The position numbers and the translations under genes are program-made. Shown here piece by piece: positions 62,231-64,000 of a DNA stretch of 64,000 nucleotides. The stretch comes from Candidatus Latescibacterota bacterium (lineage in GTDB: Bacteria; Latescibacterota; UBA2968; GCA-2709665), in NCBI GenBank assembly GCA_965219455.1, contig OZ244744.1:1088001-1152000 (forward strand). The letters are read 5' to 3'. The notes beneath the pieces were generated by a model. That model did no database searches. It saw only the letters and a program-made list of their open reading frames with translations, and was not told the origin of the DNA. Within the stretch, counting starts at the first letter, position 1. The number at the start of each line of letters is the position of its first letter.

Positions 62231-62650
62231 GGGTGTCTCTCGAGATCGGTCATGGCCCGGTTCCGGGCGACGGCTTCCTTTTCCACAATATAGGGACAGA
62301 GCGTGGATGAAAAAAGACAACCCGCACGCAGCAGGTCGTCATTTTGTGTCGGATGCCCGCCGACATAGAGCAGTCGCACCACTTCGGATTGATCCGTGTG
62401 CCTTCCAGCGTCGCGTGTCCCTATTCACCTCTCTCCCGTTGTTGCAAGCCGGTTCTTCTCGTGTCGGGGCCGCTTCAACTTTGGTTCTTTTTTCGAAGGT
62501 CAAGAATATATATTGAGTTATCGATGATACCACATGTCCGCCACTGAAATCAATCACTGGTCCTGGACCTGCTGGCCGATACGCTCAGTACGTTGTCACG
62601 CCGCTTCCGGTTAACTGCTCTGTGCCCGCGAGGAAAAGGAGATCAATGCC

Positions 62651-63106
62651 ATGGAAGAACGGACTTTCGATCTCACCGTACCGGTAACCCGGCCGTTTCG
62701 GGTGATCTGGACAGGGTTGGGCGTCATATGGATCTTTCTTGGCTTCGTAAATTTTCAGGAAAATACAATACTGGGCGTCGTCCAGTTGGTGGCAGGTCTG
62801 ATTATCTTGCCGTTCATTGGTCTCCTGCACCGCTTAAACAGATACATAATTGCGTTTAACGATACGAGGCTGGAGATTGAAAGAGGATTGTTCAGGCACC
62901 GGAGAATATCCTGGACGTCAGTCTCGGAGATCGACATCGAGTTGATGAAAGTCGTGTTCAAGCTGGACAACGGAAAAAGCGTAAAGATTGACTTCACCGC
63001 ATTGAGTTATAATGACAACCAGACCATCAAACCCGAAATGATCGCTACGGCTACCGCATTCGCGGAGGATAACGGGATTGCGGTTAATGACAGCCGGTCG
63101 ACTTGA
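62651..63106 (+). CDS. Hypothetical membrane protein, paralog of 56849..57301
   Basis: Shared M.ERTF.L.VP, RYII.F.D, I.W.S.SE, LMK, SY.DNQ..KP; AAGGAG RBS. Confidence 0.7.
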   Translation: MEERTFDLTVPVTRPFRVIWTGLGVIWIFLGFVNFQENTILGVVQLVAGLIILPFIGLLHRLNRYIIAFNDTRLEIERGLFRHRRISWTSVSEIDIELMKVVFKLDNGKSVKIDFTALSYNDNQTIKPEMIATATAFAEDNGIAVNDSRST

Positions 63107-63285
63107 GCGGTCAAGAGGCACGAAAAACAAAACGGAAAAGCGCGGAAAAACCCCACTCCGCCGCCGGGTGGCCATGAGGTATCCCGCGAAGGCGTTTTGA
63201 ACGTGTTTTCGGTCTTGCCGCCAGTCCATATCCAAATCTATAGGTAGTAACGTATCGTAATCATACCGGACGGATTAACGCTTGT

Positions 63286-63640
63286 CTCCCCCTTTCCTTT
63301 AGGAGAGGGGGCCGGGGGGAGAGGTCACGGCACTGACGTCAACTGATCGGGTTTTTGATTCAAGCTGATGGCTGAGAGCTGAAAGCTGTTTTTGCTGATG
63401 TTCACGACAACAGGGGACGCCTGGTTTTGGCGTTAGAGGCTGATGGTGAGCGGCACGTCTTATGCCGCGAACAACAACCCCCTCACCTCTACCGGATGGC
63501 CTGGTTATAGATCGTGAGGGGCCACAAGGCGGGCGGTTCGCGAACCGCCCCTACAAAAATCCGGACATCGGTAAATTGACATCGCCGGTCCGTATCGCCA
63601 ACCGGTTTTAGCTGATGGCTGACTGCTGAGAGCTGATAGC
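63286..63640. repeat. REP-like palindromes and GCTGANN heptamer runs
   Basis: CTCCCCCTTTCCT..AGGAGAGGGGG hairpin. 63519..63606 repeats 27957..28045. GCTGA heptamers at 63364 and 63611. Confidence 0.8.
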
Positions 63641-63643
63641 TTT

Positions 63644-64000
63644 ATGCCTTTAACCAAATTCATCGCTTCGGCTGGCATTACCGTAATCGTCGTTCTTGTT
63701 CTGGATACCCGAATGGGCGGATTTCCAGCCGCGGGGAAATTCCTGAGTCCCTTTCACGGTTTCTGGCAGAATGCCGAAACAGGATCCCCGCCTGAAGACG
63801 GCAAATTGCGGCTCAAGGGACTGCTCGAGCCGGTAACGGTCGTGTACGATCATCGTCGCGTGCCGCATATCTTCGCGAAGAACGACCGGGACCTGTTTTT
63901 CGCGCAGGGATACGTAACGGCCCGGGACCGCCTTTGGCAGATGGAGTTTCAGACTGCCGCGACGGCCGGACGCCTTGCGGAAATCCTGGGATCCGGCGCA
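63644..64000 (+). CDS. Penicillin acylase family protein, 3'-truncated by window edge
   Basis: Translated by hand (absent from the ORF track): MPLTKF...GFWQNAE...VTVVYD...VPHIFAKNDRDLFFAQGYVTARDRLWQMEF...AGRLAEILG. Confidence 0.92.
   Translation, partial: MPLTKFIASAGITVIVVLVLDTRMGGFPAAGKFLSPFHGFWQNAETGSPPEDGKLRLKGLLEPVTVVYDHRRVPHIFAKNDRDLFFAQGYVTARDRLWQMEFQTAATAGRLAEILGSGA

Overview
GC-rich, diderm bacterial chromosome segment. The gene content (Omp85 barrels, several Gfo/Idh/MocA enzymes, a heparinase II/III-like protein, REP-rich intergenic regions) suggests an FCB-type organism, but this is inference only. In order: the end of a thiamine operon (thiG, tenI-like, thiD, thiE); a promoter-driven, rod-shaped ~115-nt RNA candidate; a large polysaccharide-lyase-like gene; a lower-GC block with two patatin-POTRA-barrel (PlpD-like) genes, two atypical-kinase/Omp85-barrel genes, DUF4956 and a YjiK-like propeller; oxidoreductases, higBA, a xanthine-dehydrogenase-family molybdoenzyme, glcB, a divergent pgi and bioA/bioD; a four-gene cluster matching the eukaryotic peroxisomal ether-lipid route (fatty acyl-CoA reductase, atypical acyltransferase, alkyl-DHAP synthase, SDR); a ~12 kb defence island (type II R-M, HNH, two HEPN proteins, a type ISP/IIG enzyme, a nuclease with a SeqA-like C-terminus); a tandem ~550-bp REP mosaic; an intact group II intron; GATase, PhzF and the start of a penicillin acylase. 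Best candidates for under-described systems: the ether-lipid cluster (38-44.5 kb), the kinase-Omp85/PlpD/DUF4956 locus (7-20 kb) and the nuclease-SeqA fusion. Family calls rest on motifs recognised by eye; no database search was run.
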